DNA of 64,000 nucleotides from Bugula neritina (GCA_964035545.1 OZ037772.1:3191538-3255537); one strand, 5' to 3'. Counted from the stretch's first letter, positions 13,479 through 25,156 are shown. The notes: a model not told the origin generated them from the letters alone. Translations and numbers: made by a program.

Positions 13479-14416
13479 GTGGTGGCAGCAGTGGGATATT
13501 TGTGTACAATGCTGTGGGATATGAAAAACCGATGCTGTTTCCAAGGATAGGAGATTACAGGCAGGACTGTTACAATGACATTAGATATCGAATGCACCAG
13601 CGATCTTTTAACAGGTATTTCTCTAACGCGTTTAGTGCCCAAGACCGGGAGGGTCTGGCGTCTTACCAGTGCGAATGCAATGCACAAGTAAACAATTCAC
13701 ACCGCTCATTCAGCAGACCTTTGGTGAAGGAAGTACAGGTGGCGTGGAGGAGCACTGTCTATACACATTCCCTGGCTACGCTACGCTGTAGGGAAGCACT
13801 TCAGTAAGAGTTGTACGAGCAGGTGTCGAGCTTACGCTGGAAGTGGCGGCAAACGTCTCAAGAACCTCGGCCTACTACTGAACGGCAGACGGCGTCGTGA
13901 TGGAGAGTACCCATCCTCTTTGTGGCGCTAAGGAGCAGCTGGAAAGACAGGCGCATATAGCCAGAGCAGGGCAACGACTTGCCAACTTTCGCTCTAATGA
14001 TGGACACGCCCTTCATGTCAACCCCCTCCTTGATAGGTGTTCAAGCTCAGAGGAGCCCGAGGAAAATCTCACGGCCTCAGCCTCTGCATGTAGTAATGTC
14101 CAAGGCAGAGAATATCCCCGACCCCGGTAAACCCGACCAGCCATATCAGCAGCGACACCTTCGTAACCTAACACAGAAGTCTGATCCTAAGGTATTAGCC
14201 AGCTTATTGTACTTGTAGACTGTGCTCCTGTAGTTTCCCTTATTTGTAAGTAGTGTATACCGAATGTCTGTTATATTGTTGCAGTTTCTGTGTGAATATT
14301 TTTTTTTTTGGTGGCGTTCTTATATTGTATTCTAATTGTGTTTTCTTTTTTTTGTCTGTTTGTTTTCTTGTACTCCTTTCTTATCGGAAAGGTGTACTTT
14401 CCGATGGTGGGGGGAG
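13479..14416 (+). mobile_element. Internal region of a putative non-autonomous LTR element B (no gag/pol)
   Basis: Starts with PBS TGGTGGCAGCAGTGGGAT. Contains only short interrupted ORFs (~13532-13807 and 13897-14130), then a T-rich tract, the hairpin atcggaaag/ctttccgat and the PPT ggtggggggag. Confidence 0.75.
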
Positions 14417-14524
14417 TGTAGTGAGTTTTGGTTATCTATATTATTATTCACCTGTCGTAGTATAATCACACATTGTCAATGTGTGATGTAATAACCCGCT
14501 ATGGTTAGTAGTTAGCGGTTAGTA

Positions 14525-14660
14525 GTCACGTAGGTAGTTACTAATGTCACGTAGGTAGTTTACTAATGTCACGTAGGTAGTTTACTAATGTCACGTAGGT
14601 AGTTTACTAATGTCACGTAGGTAGTTTACTAATGTCACGTAGGTAGTTTACTAATGTCAC
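14525..14660. repeat. 21/22-bp tandem array within LTR-B (6 units)
   Basis: gtcacgtaggtagt(t)tactaat x6. The solo LTR has 4 units. Confidence 0.95.
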
Positions 14661-15094
14661 ACCATCGGCAATGGAACACCGCCGGCAGCTATAACCATGG
14701 ACTGCAGTGTAATAGATGTAACGTAATGCGTACGCATGGTCATCATAACAGGCTGCCAGTACTAGTAGTTAATGCCTAGCTTGACGGCATCACCATTACT
14801 AGAGAGACCGTATGCTGTTCCGCACCAGCAACGCTATGGCCATTCACTTAGCTGGACTCACTCATCAATACATCAGTTGACTACATGTTAACATTCCTTC
14901 GTGCCGTACGGCACATGTGAAATGCGGGGACTCCCCGCGGTCCACCGGAACCCATGGACCAATCACCATCCAGCCAGCTGTGGCTGCGATGAATCATGCT
15001 TACAGTCGTCTGAGCAAGTGTGGGTATTTTCCATCATCAACAAAGTGACAGCTATGCATCAGCTTGCCCGGATGAACCTTGAAGTAATGGCCAG

Positions 15095-15146
15095 GATGAC
15101 GTGATATTAATACCAACCAATCAGAGGCGAGCTCTCGTATATATAC
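15095..15146 (+). promoter_or_regulatory. Putative LTR-B core promoter (CRE-like TGACGT, CCAAT, TATA)
   Basis: gatgacgtg ... aaccaatcag ... gtatatatac occur in canonical order, and the same motifs are at ~54956-55007. AATAAA lies near the LTR end. Confidence 0.5.
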
Positions 15147-15389
15147 AGCACCTTCAGCCGCCCACAGGCAGATTGGAACTGGCAGGCTAACTCATGTAGT
15201 TACTACGACTTATGTATATTCTTTCTCGGCTGATGTATGTTATTTTTACTCGTATGTTGTTTACTTAAATATAATTCTCGCATTCCTAATCCACTTGGTT
15301 CGGTTCCTTCTGTAACCTCACAGCATGATGCAGTAATTAGTAGTACACAATAAAAACCCACAAACTAGTAATTCCACGAATTACTACAG

Positions 15390-15407
15390 TGGTGGCAGCG
15401 GTGGGAT
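15390..15407 (+). promoter_or_regulatory. Primer-binding site complementary to tRNA-Leu 3' end
   Basis: TGGTGGCAGCGGTGGGAT. The same site or a one-mismatch variant follows LTRs at 13480, 28556, 39902 and 60086. Confidence 0.85.
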
Positions 15408-15421
15408 AGTGTACATCAAAG

Positions 15422-18400
15422 ATGGAGACTGAAAATGCTAGAATGCAACCACCCCCAGTAGAAGGTGAGCGTAGAAATGCTGTTAATCCTGTGAATCGTG
15501 AGGGAGAAGAAGCTTATAGACATTGCTTGAAAGCTCCCACTTTTACTGGGTCGGAAGATGTCGAACAATTTATACAAGAATTTAGAGAGGTAATGGAGGT
15601 TGCTCAATGGCCGCATAGAGTGGCCCTTATCCAATTGCGGAGAGCGGTGACGGAGCAAGCCAAGCCGTACGGAGTGGGAACGGACGTAGACGGGATACTG
15701 GCTGCGCTGCGGGCCCGTTTTGGCATCTCCGCAATAGACCCTAGGACCAAGCTAGAGAGATTGTGCCGCACCCCGCGGACCTCGCTACAAGAACATGCCG
15801 CGACGGTGAAGAAGCTGACGCAGATTGCATATAGCGATCTGCCAGCACAACACCAAGAGCGTTACACCTATGACGCCTTTGTCCAGTCACTAAACGACCT
15901 GGGCCTACACCATCAACTACGAGCTGAAGGGATAACCAGAATAGAAGATGCCCTGAAGGCTGGAGAAGCTTACCTGTTGGCTACCCAAATGCATCAAGCA
16001 CGACGGAACCCACCAGTAGTTGGAGTCAGCGCTGCCAGGGCTACGACAGGTCCCGAAGCCCTCCCGCTGGAAGCCGAAGTGGACCGTATGGTAGAGATGC
16101 TGGGACAACTGGTAACCATTCTGGCCGGTGCTGGCCCCGGTCAGGCCCTGCGGGTGCCCCCAACACCTGTGGGGCAGGGCTGGAGTAGCGCTGATCAGAA
16201 CCAGGGACAGAAAGGACGACCCCAATACCAGGGGGCGTTAAACTGTCACGGCCTGCGGACACTCTCCCTCCCCGCGGACACTCTCCCTCCCCGCGGGCCG
16301 CAACTGAAGGAGTATGGCGGGACACGCCGTCTTCTGTCCGTACGGACACGACGGAACACTCCACCCGAGTGGCAGGTACCACGCAGGACTAGTAGGCCCG
16401 CACAACGGCCGAGTACCTTCTCCCTGCCACTCGCCAACCGGTTCCACCGGTTACCTCGGGAAGAGGAGCCCGCCACTGAAAGGGAGCCAGAAGGCCCAGT
16501 GGAGAGCCCCAAACCCCGCCGGCATCAACCTCGCCGCCGGAAGCCCCGTAAACCACGGGTGAAACCTCCGCCGTCCTGTCAATCCAAGACAGCACATGCG
16601 GGGGGGGGGGGGGTGAAAGTACAAATACATGGAGAGAGCTATTTCCTACCCGGAAAGGTGGCCGGCAACGCTGTCATTTTCCTGCTCGACTCCGGTTGTA
16701 CTACTAACCTTCTCAGCCGTAGAGTCTTTGAGGCACTGCCCCGCCGGGACAGGGATAGAGTACGACCGTATACAGGGGAACATGGCACCCTAGCAGACGG
16801 GTCATGTATTCCTTTCTACGGTATTATCGAGCTCCCTGGGCGTGTCCGAGACCAGGCTGTACAGGAGACCTTTGTCATAGGCCAACTGGAGGAAGATGCT
16901 ATCCTCGGAATGCCCTTCTTGAAGCAACACCAATGCCGAATAGACTTCAGTAAGTCGGTGGTGCTGATGGGCGGGCGAGAACTCGCCTGTGTGGATAAGT
17001 TTGGGCGTACTCTGGTGGGTGGTGTTCAGGTAGTTTGAAACTGCACCGTGCCCGGACGCTCCAGAGCTACTATCCACTGCCGAGTGAACAGCAACCGGAT
17101 AGCCAAGCTCGGGGTAGTTGAAGGCGCGCACGAAAGGATCCAAGTCGCCAGTAGTTTAAACCGACTAACTGAGCGAGGGGAGGTCTTAGTGCAGTGAGTC
17201 AACCCTTTTACCGAGCCCATTGAGCTCCCAGCTGGGTCAATGCTGGGCCGGTTCCACTCCGTCCAGGAAAAGGACGTGGGCCCGTCGCTGGGTGACGCGA
17301 CGGAGGCACCCCCTCGACACCCTATTCAGGGACGAGGGGCAGTCCCAACACATCTCCGGGAGTTATACGAAACAGCCAATGGCGGCTGCGCGAGTAACAG
17401 AGAACGCCAAGCTATGGCTAAGTTACTACGCGACTACGGTGATGTGTTCAGCAGCGTAGAGCATGACGTGGGACTGACTGGAATTGTCAGACACGAAACA
17501 CCGCTGACTGCAGGGACAGTCCCTGTCCGGCAGCCCACACGCAGGCTGGGGCCGGAGAAAAAGAAGGAGGTTAGCCGACAAGTACGGGATCTTCTGGACC
17601 GGGGACTGATAGAGCCCGCCCATAGTGCGTGGAGCTCGCCAGTCGTACTGGTCCGGAAGAAAGACGGCAGTTGGCAGTTCTGTGTGGACTACCGCAAACT
17701 CAATAGCGTAACCATACAGGACGCCTACCCTCTACCTCGTATTGACGAGTCATTGGACGCCCTAGCCAGCAGCAAGTACTTCAGTACGTTAGACTTGCTA
17801 AGCGGCTATTGGCAGGTTCCTCTGAGTCCCGACGCCCAAGAGAAAGCGGCGTTTATCACACGGGACGGTTTGTGGAAGTGGAAGGTGCTGCCCTTTGGGT
17901 TAACCTCCGCCCCAGCCACCTTCCAGAGGCTGATGGAACAAGTCCTTAGCGGACTCCATTGGAAGACACTGCTGGTCTACCTCGATGATGTCATCGTAAT
18001 CTCTCCAGACTTCGAGACACATGTCAGTCGTCTGCAGGAGGTTTTCGAGAGACTCCGAGGTGCCGGTCTCAAGCTCAAACCTTCCAAGTGCGCTCTATTG
18101 CAGCCGGAGGTCAAGTACCTGGGGCACGTTGTCGGTCGAAACGGCGTGGCAACGGATCCCGAAAAGGTACGGGCGGTAGAAGACTGAGTCACCCCCCAAG
18201 ACTTGACCGGACTCCGGGCTTTCTTGGGGCTGGTAGGGTATTACAGGCAATACATACCAGACTTTGCGGGCATAGCCCAGCCGTTAAACCGGCTCACCGC
18301 AAAGGGAGTGACGTGGCAGTGGACCCCAGTCGAACAGGAAGCGTTCGACCGCCTCAAGGGCTGCCTACTAACGGCGCCCATCTTGGCCTACCCAGACCCC

Positions 18401-20890
18401 ACTCTGGAGTACATCCTCGACACGGACGCCAGTGACCAAAATGTTGGCGCTGTGCTGGCACAAGTGCAGGTAGGCCGAGAGGTAGTAGTAGCCTACTACA
18501 GCAAGTCTCTCTCACCCGCTGAACGAAATTACTGCACTACCCGCAAGGAGCTGCTGGCAGTAATCAAGTCAGTGAAGCACTTCAGACCATACCTATATGG
18601 CAGGAAGTTCCGGCTGCGTACGGATCATGCCTCGCTGATCTGGTTGTGCAAGAGAGCAGAGCCCTCTAGTCAGGTCGCCCGGTGGCTCGAAATCTTAGCT
18701 GAATTCCCATACCGGATCGAACATCGACCGGGCAAGAGACACAGCAATGCGGATGGGTTGAGTCGCCGACCTGACGGAGGTTGTAAACAGTGTCTCAACA
18801 TCGAGAGGAGGGATGGAGGTCCCCCGCGATGCGAGTTGGAGACGCTGGCTCATCACGGAGCACCGTTTGACTGGGACCAAGGTCAACTCAGGCAAAGAGT
18901 TGATGAGTCCCCGGAGGATGTACAAAACCTCCGCGCCAACCCTGTACTGGCCGGTAATGTTCGAGAGCTGAAGAAGCTTCAAGAAGAGCTGCCTGGAGTC
19001 GTGGCAGACATATACCGGGCCAAAAGAGAAGGGCGACGACCCAGCGAGGAACGCATACGACAGGGACGCGCCGAGTTCCGGCTATACTGTCAGCGTTGGG
19101 ACTCGCTGCGGATCGGGCAGGATGGGTTACTCACCATTTCCCTAGCTGCCAGCGGCAGACACCCGGAAAGGAAGAGGGTAGTCTGCCCCACGGCCATCCG
19201 CCGTGAGTTGATTTGGGATACTCACAAACAGGCCCACGCAGGGGTCAAGAGAGTGATATCCAAATTACGACTCCGGTGGTATTGGCCACAAATGGAGCGT
19301 GACGTCCGGCTCAGAGTCAAACAGTGTGAGATCTGCCAGGCCAGTAAGCATAGCCGCCCCCCTGGTGAAGCAGGACGGCGGAGGCTATATGCTGGTAGGC
19401 CCTGGCAAGTAGTCGCTGTAGACCTGGTCGGACCCATGCCCCTGACCCCCAGAGGCAATAATTGGATCCTAGTACTAACCGACCACTTTACTAGGTGGGC
19501 GGATGCTCTGGCTATCCCAGATGCATCAGCCCCAACAGTGGCCAGGGCACTAGACCAACATGTATTCTGTTATTTTGGACTTCCCGAACAGATACACTCT
19601 GATCAAGGCGCTCAATTCCAGTCTCAACTGATGAGCGACCTTTGCCACCTCTGGGGAGTAAATCAGAGCAGGACCACCCCCTACCACCCTCAAGGTAACG
19701 GGGTGGTGGAGCGCAACAACCGGATGCTAGGTGATGCACTCCGGAGTCCCCTCCTTGGACGAGGTCAAGAGGAATGGGATACGGTGTTGCCGCAGGTCAT
19801 GCGTGCATACCGTAGCACCCCACACACCAGTACTGGTGAGACCCCAAACCTCTTGATGCTCGGGAGAGAGACTCGTGTCCCTGACCATCTCACCTATCAC
19901 GTTCCAGAGCAAGACAACTCGGTTCACGAGTATGCCAGTGAACTAGTGGAACGGATGAAGGCCGCACACGATATACTGCGCCAACAGCAGTGGAAGGTGC
20001 GGCACGAAGATTCCGATGAACCACCTCTCTATCAAACGGGAGATAAGGTGTGGATGGTCAATTACCGTAGGCGTCGCGGACAGGCTGATAAACTGAAGCC
20101 TAAGTTCGTAGGGCCCTACGTGGTCGTCGAGGCTATGCCCAATCATACGTACAAGATCGAGCGCTCAGGACAGGTGTCTATCCAGAATGAGTCTCGCTTG
20201 AAACCGTATTGGGCTAGCCCCGACGGAGTGGGAGAAGCCCCCCGTTGTTAGAGCCCAGGAGGCAGACAACGACGCGCGGGCGACGGCGGCATGGACCTGA
20301 ATACGAAGTGGTCATACCGCGGGAAGAAAACTTGGTGAGAGAGGAGCGGCAGCTTTTGTCAACAGAAGCATGTCCGCCACCGCCAAGTCTAATTCCATCA
20401 CTTCCAGAAACCGAGCCGGTTCCGGAAGTGCAAACCCCCACGGAGGGAGGGGCTCCATCCGGAGAACAAGAAGAAGTGACCGCTAACGGTGAAGTAGAGA
20501 CGCCATTAGAGGCCCCTACTAACGAACCGGTAAGCGTGTCACCCCCCCCCTAGAAAGGGGACAGCGTACGAGGAAACCCCCACCATATTTAAAAGACTTC
20601 GTATGTGACTGCATTAGAAGCGGCGCACATGAAAGTCTAGGGGAAAACCGTACGATAAAATGTTGGAGTTGTGAGCCCCACGCAAAAATCAACTTTTGCG
20701 AGGGCGGAATAGTGGGAGGAATTAATGCGCGTAAAGCAAATAGTTCCGACCTCGTGCCTCAGAAACGATGCTCAGCCTTTTCTTATGCTGACATCGCCAA
20801 AGGCAGACGTATCTCACAACCAGCTCCAATCTTACCAAGAACGTTGAGTATGGACATTAATACCGAGTTCCCAGGTAAGCCAGTATAAGT
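15422..20890 (+). pseudogene. gag-pro-pol of family A copy 1 (defective)
   Basis: Gag, protease LLDSGCT, RT YLDD, RNase H DTDAS, integrase HHCC/DDE. In-frame stops at 17036, ~17196 and 18185, and frameshifts in the integrase tail. Confidence 0.93.
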
Positions 20891-21979
20891 CTTGTATTCC
20901 TATTCATGGAAACGGGCTCGATGCCAGTAAATTCTGAACTAATTCAGCAGATTGAATCAGAATTACTGGGAACCACGTTTCATGTGAATGACGATGAAGA
21001 CACTGTAATGGCCGACGGTCTGTTAGACCTGGAGCTAGACACTGTTCTTGGTCAGTCCACACATGATTCATCGGTTCCTCGAGTGCATTCCAAAAGCTGT
21101 GACTCTCAGGCTAGCAACGGTCAACAGTCACTAGAATTATGTTGTAAAGATCCACCGCGATCTAACAATAATTCTACTTTTGTAGACACACTCGCGCCCG
21201 TCTCTCCGGGCATGCCTTCTCTAGAGATGGCGTGGGACCCAGAGCCGGCCCCAACAACTTCTACAACCAGGCAACTGCCACCCCAGTTGGAAGCAACCTC
21301 CAACTGGATTACCCCTGCCACAGAGAGAGAGATTAGGACCCATCAAGGAGGTGAGAGTAATCGTGAATGCAACCTCTGCCAGCAGCGATTCACAACCCAC
21401 CGCAGACTGAAAATACACTTGCCGCAACACTACATCATCACTTTCCGCCCTTGCGGAGAATATAGCTACAATCGTGATTACCTACTGCGGCACCAACGTA
21501 CTATGCAGTGTTATCAAGGGCACGTCTATGAAGTAGACGAATCATCCTATCCTGCCTTTCTCAACGCCATCAAACCACTCATCACTGACTCAGCTCGGCT
21601 ATCTCGCCTGGAGCAAGGCTTCCCTTCCCCGCGACCCATCATCTCCGGAGCCGCAGATAAACCTACACAGTCTACTAACTCTCCACCTCACAGTCCTCTA
21701 CGCATACCGCATACCTTTCCTCGTGTCGTACTACAGAGGGTAGACACAAATGCGTATACACTCCCTCCTCCCCTTCCATCCTCAGAGCGGAAAAGACATA
21801 GACAGCCGACTTCCTCTCGCTCGTCCCCCTGGGCCCGCAACCTACGTGAAGTAGAAGCTAGGGCACACGACTTGGAGCAAGAAGTGTACAGACTGGCCCC
21901 ACGGGTGCAGGCTGCATCCAGTGAACTCAAATATTTACAGGAGTCTATCAAACGCATGAAGCGTGCGGCCCGCAGTTAA
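20850..21979 (+). CDS. Accessory ORF3: zinc finger plus coiled-coil protein; predicted exons 20850-20874 and 21186-21979 (272 aa); unspliced ORF 20906-21979 (357 aa)
   Basis: C-x2-C-x12-H-x3-H motif and a C-terminal heptad segment. Donor CAG|GTAAGC, branch-like CTAAC at 21162-21166, acceptor TTTTGTAG|. Homologues at 34085 and 45007. Confidence 0.8.
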
Positions 21980-23759
21980 CTTGAGTCTATCTCCAACTCC
22001 ATACTACTCTTCCCCTACCTCTCTGTGGCATTCCCTACCGTTATGGTGGCACGTACTCTACATGTAGATAGGACCTTCTCTTACTTATTACGTATTGTGC
22101 ACGTTATATATACCCGTATATTTTATCAGTTGTTGTTTTTTTTTGTATATACTTTTATACTGTTCTCTTACCCCCCCCCCAACGAAGTATACATTTTTTT
22201 TATGTGAAATTTATTTTTATCAGAAAGAGGGCTTTCTGCTGGAGGGGGCAGTGTGGTGGCTCGTGGAGCTACCAGCAACACAATACGCAAGGTTGCGTAT
22301 TGACCCGGAACAATGTATTAGCCAATTAGCTAGGTTGTTTTATGAGTAATAGTAGCAGCTTCGCGCTACTAGCTCAGTTGAAGATAGTGCTGTAAATTAA
22401 ATAGACGTGCGTATCATTACTGTTGTACATTAGATTTTATTATGTATTCTTGTATTAAAATATAACGATATCTACTCGACTTAACTCGGTGAAGTTTCTC
22501 TAGTGATAAATAGACTCTCTTGGTGGCACATCAACCCTAAATCTGAAAATCATAACAATATGGTAAAATGCAAAACTGAGTACCAGTATAAAACTGATAT
22601 TTAACCTATTTGTAGATTCTAAACTTTTAAATTAGAAAATATATTAGAAAATATAGTAATAGTAGTAGCAGCAACCTTGCGGTAACTCCTACAGTTAATC
22701 CTAGTTCTATCATCTATCAGTATTACTATGATTATCATTATGATTATGATTATTACCATCAGTATCAGTATCACCATCACCATGACTTCAAATCTAAAAC
22801 TATGAGTATCAGTATGACTGACTGTGAGAGTATCACCACCACTATGAGTGGTGGTGATAGTGAGTATCACTATCACTACAATACTTAATTAGTTACTTAT
22901 AGGTATACTCATACTGTGAGTTATACTACTATCACTATTAGTATCACTACGACTATAACTATCACTATCACTATCAGTATAATTATGACTATCAGTATCA
23001 GTATCCGTCTTCTTGGGTTAGGCAAATTTTCAACTTACGCGCTGGGATGAAAATTCAACTAATTTTATTTTCAAAGCTCACGTTTAAGGAACTACAGTGC
23101 AAGCAAAAATTATCGAATATCGATGCTTAAAAACAAAAAGAAAATTTATCCATTTCAATTCAACTAATGCCTTGGGCTTGTAGCTTACTCAATGTTGCCT
23201 AACAATTCACAACATCCGCTGCGTCTTTCTTGTTAGCTAGGGAACCAAAAATCCGAACGGCCTACATAACGTTTTTCAGACTAGGGGGCTTGTTTTTTGT
23301 GTTATGTATTATAATCTTTTCCACCGATCTTGCAATTTGTTTTTATGACCATGGGCAAGGCCAAGGTTTCTCCCGCGGATCTGCAGCAAAAATGAAGAGG
23401 ATTGTTGTGAAACAGAAGTTGCATTTGTGTAGTTTATCATTAATATTATTATTAATGATATTAATTATCGATAATATTAATTATTATTATTAATCTCTTG
23501 AATTTTATACTCATAATGATATGATTATATCTATTTATTATTATATCTATATAATTACCATAATATTAATTATAATGATAATCATAATATTAATCATGAT
23601 AATGATAGTTACCTCCAGTTACCTCCAGATTACGATCATGCTAGACCACTAGGTAGCAGAAGCGGCATGCCTCATATGTTTACGGTTGGTCAGAAAGTAA
23701 AATGCATACAATAGACCATAAATTGGTTGCAGTGTGTGTTGCAATATTGTTTATTAGTA

Positions 23760-24042
23760 CGGGTAAGTTAACCTGTCAATGTTTAGATTATTCTGTGTGT
23801 AAATTAGTCTTGCAAGGATTGTTCCCTTTAAAGTTACGGATTGTCCGTGGCAAGAAGCTGTTATAATAGCAGTTATTATTAGTGCTGACTGATCTTGGCT
23901 GTCCTAGTGTTTGGGCCCTAGTTTGGATAAAACTTTCCGGGGTATTTATTAGTTCGTCATACGCTGCAGAGAGTGCTGGGTGATATTCTTCCTTTTGGAG
24001 TATCCTCATAAGGAGTCTTAGTCGTTGAGTTCTTCTTCTTTC
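23760..24042 (-). mobile_element. 3' fragment of a non-LTR (LINE) ORF2
   Basis: Translation ...RRRTQRLRLLMRIL...YYNSFLPRTIRNF resembles the SFFPRTIRxWN C-terminal motif of CR1/L2-group RTs. Confidence 0.6.
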
Positions 24043-24516
24043 ACCAATGATAATCATAATCATAATGATTATTATTTATATTTATAAATTATTATTAATA
24101 TTGATATTATAATTTTATGTTTATATTTTTGAGTTATACTTTAATAACAATATAACTATAATGATTGTCATATATCATTGAATTTGACATTTGATTTGTC
24201 ATTTGATCAATTTTGACATCGATAAGTTGATAATAAATATGATTAACATAATGATAATGTTGTTGTTAGTGTAATTTAAATAATAAAATCTCAATAGTAA
24301 TAGTTGTAGCATAAGTATAAGTTTAAGTTAACGTCTAGGCACGTCTTGAGTTTGTGATGTAACTAAATCAATATCAAGTTCAAGTTGTGATACCCTCATT
24401 ATCAGGGATGTAGTGGTACCCATACGGTCCCATACGCCGTATGGCCTAGAAGAAAATAGACTGTTCTAGGCCATACGCCCGTATGGGCATAATTATTTTT
24501 GAAAGATGATTAGTGC

Positions 24517-25156
24517 CACAGGATAGTTAGGGCATCCTCACTGAGAATATCATAAATTTCGCTCACAATCTAATTTAAGTTCTTGCTATGTTAATGCTCT
24601 GTGGGTGGCATGCGTGTTGCCTACTTGTGATTGTTTAGCCTGAGATTACACTATGAATAATATGCAGCTATCAACATTCCATCTTCTCATCTCTACGTGT
24701 TCATTGAAGCGCGAAGTGCTGTGCATTGGTGATTACTATAAGGAAACATAATCTCATTTTCAGTGTATAAATCACTAACTTGAAGAAAATCTATGAAGGC
24801 TATTGAAAAGATAAAAAAATTTGCCATGCATAAATTTCTCAGGTTTCCGACAGTGTTTGTTCTATTCGAATACCATGCTTTCCTGCTGAGATATTTGGCA
24901 TGGATTGAAAAATAAATTTTTTCAGGTAAAATTGGCCAAAAATGGGTAGATTTTTGTCTAACTTTGCAAAAAATACTGAAAACTTAAAAAAGCAGGTGCT
25001 TTGAGGAACAGGAAGATCTAAAACATGGTTTTTAAATTTTAATTTTAGCACAATTAAGTGAGGTTTTATTTTGCAGGACTGAATTCTTATAATATACCAA
25101 TAATGTGGCCTCAGCAAGGCTGTGACAGCTAGAAGGTTGCCCTTATCTATCATGTG
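24517..25156. mobile_element. Non-autonomous TIR element with CACAGGATAGTTA(A)GGGCA ends
   Basis: Left end cacaggatagttagggca, right end tgcccttatctatcatgtg. A homologous copy lies in opposite orientation at 60966-61721. No clear TSD. Confidence 0.75.

Larger units (their letters stand above)
14417..15388 (+). repeat. LTR-B (972 bp) inside composite element
   Basis: TGTAGT...ACTACA termini, PPT before and PBS after. Near-identical to the solo LTR at 54339-55248. Confidence 0.92.
13173..22557 (+). mobile_element. Gypsy family A copy 1, three-LTR composite (LTR-A, cargo, LTR-B, gag-pol-ORF3, LTR-A)
   Basis: 306-bp LTR-A at 13173-13478 and 22252-22557, TSD ATAT on both outer sides, PBS after 13478 and after 15388, PPTs at 14406-14416 and ~22241-22251. 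Confidence 0.93.

Noticed and set aside
14901-15104. 67-aa ORF repeated at 54762-54965
   Set aside because: GTG start inside an LTR. The recurrence just reflects LTR identity.
14417-15388. LTR-B as a simple solo-LTR insertion into copy 1
   Set aside because: No flanking TSD. It is bounded by a PPT and a PBS, and the PBS occurs twice in the element.
15917-20441. Many antisense and alternate-frame ORFs recurring in each Gypsy copy
   Set aside because: Shadow ORFs of GC-rich gag-pol, conserved only because the copies are near-identical.
20906-21979. ORF3 as an env gene
   Set aside because: No evident signal peptide, fusion peptide or transmembrane helix. It has zinc-finger and basic motifs instead.
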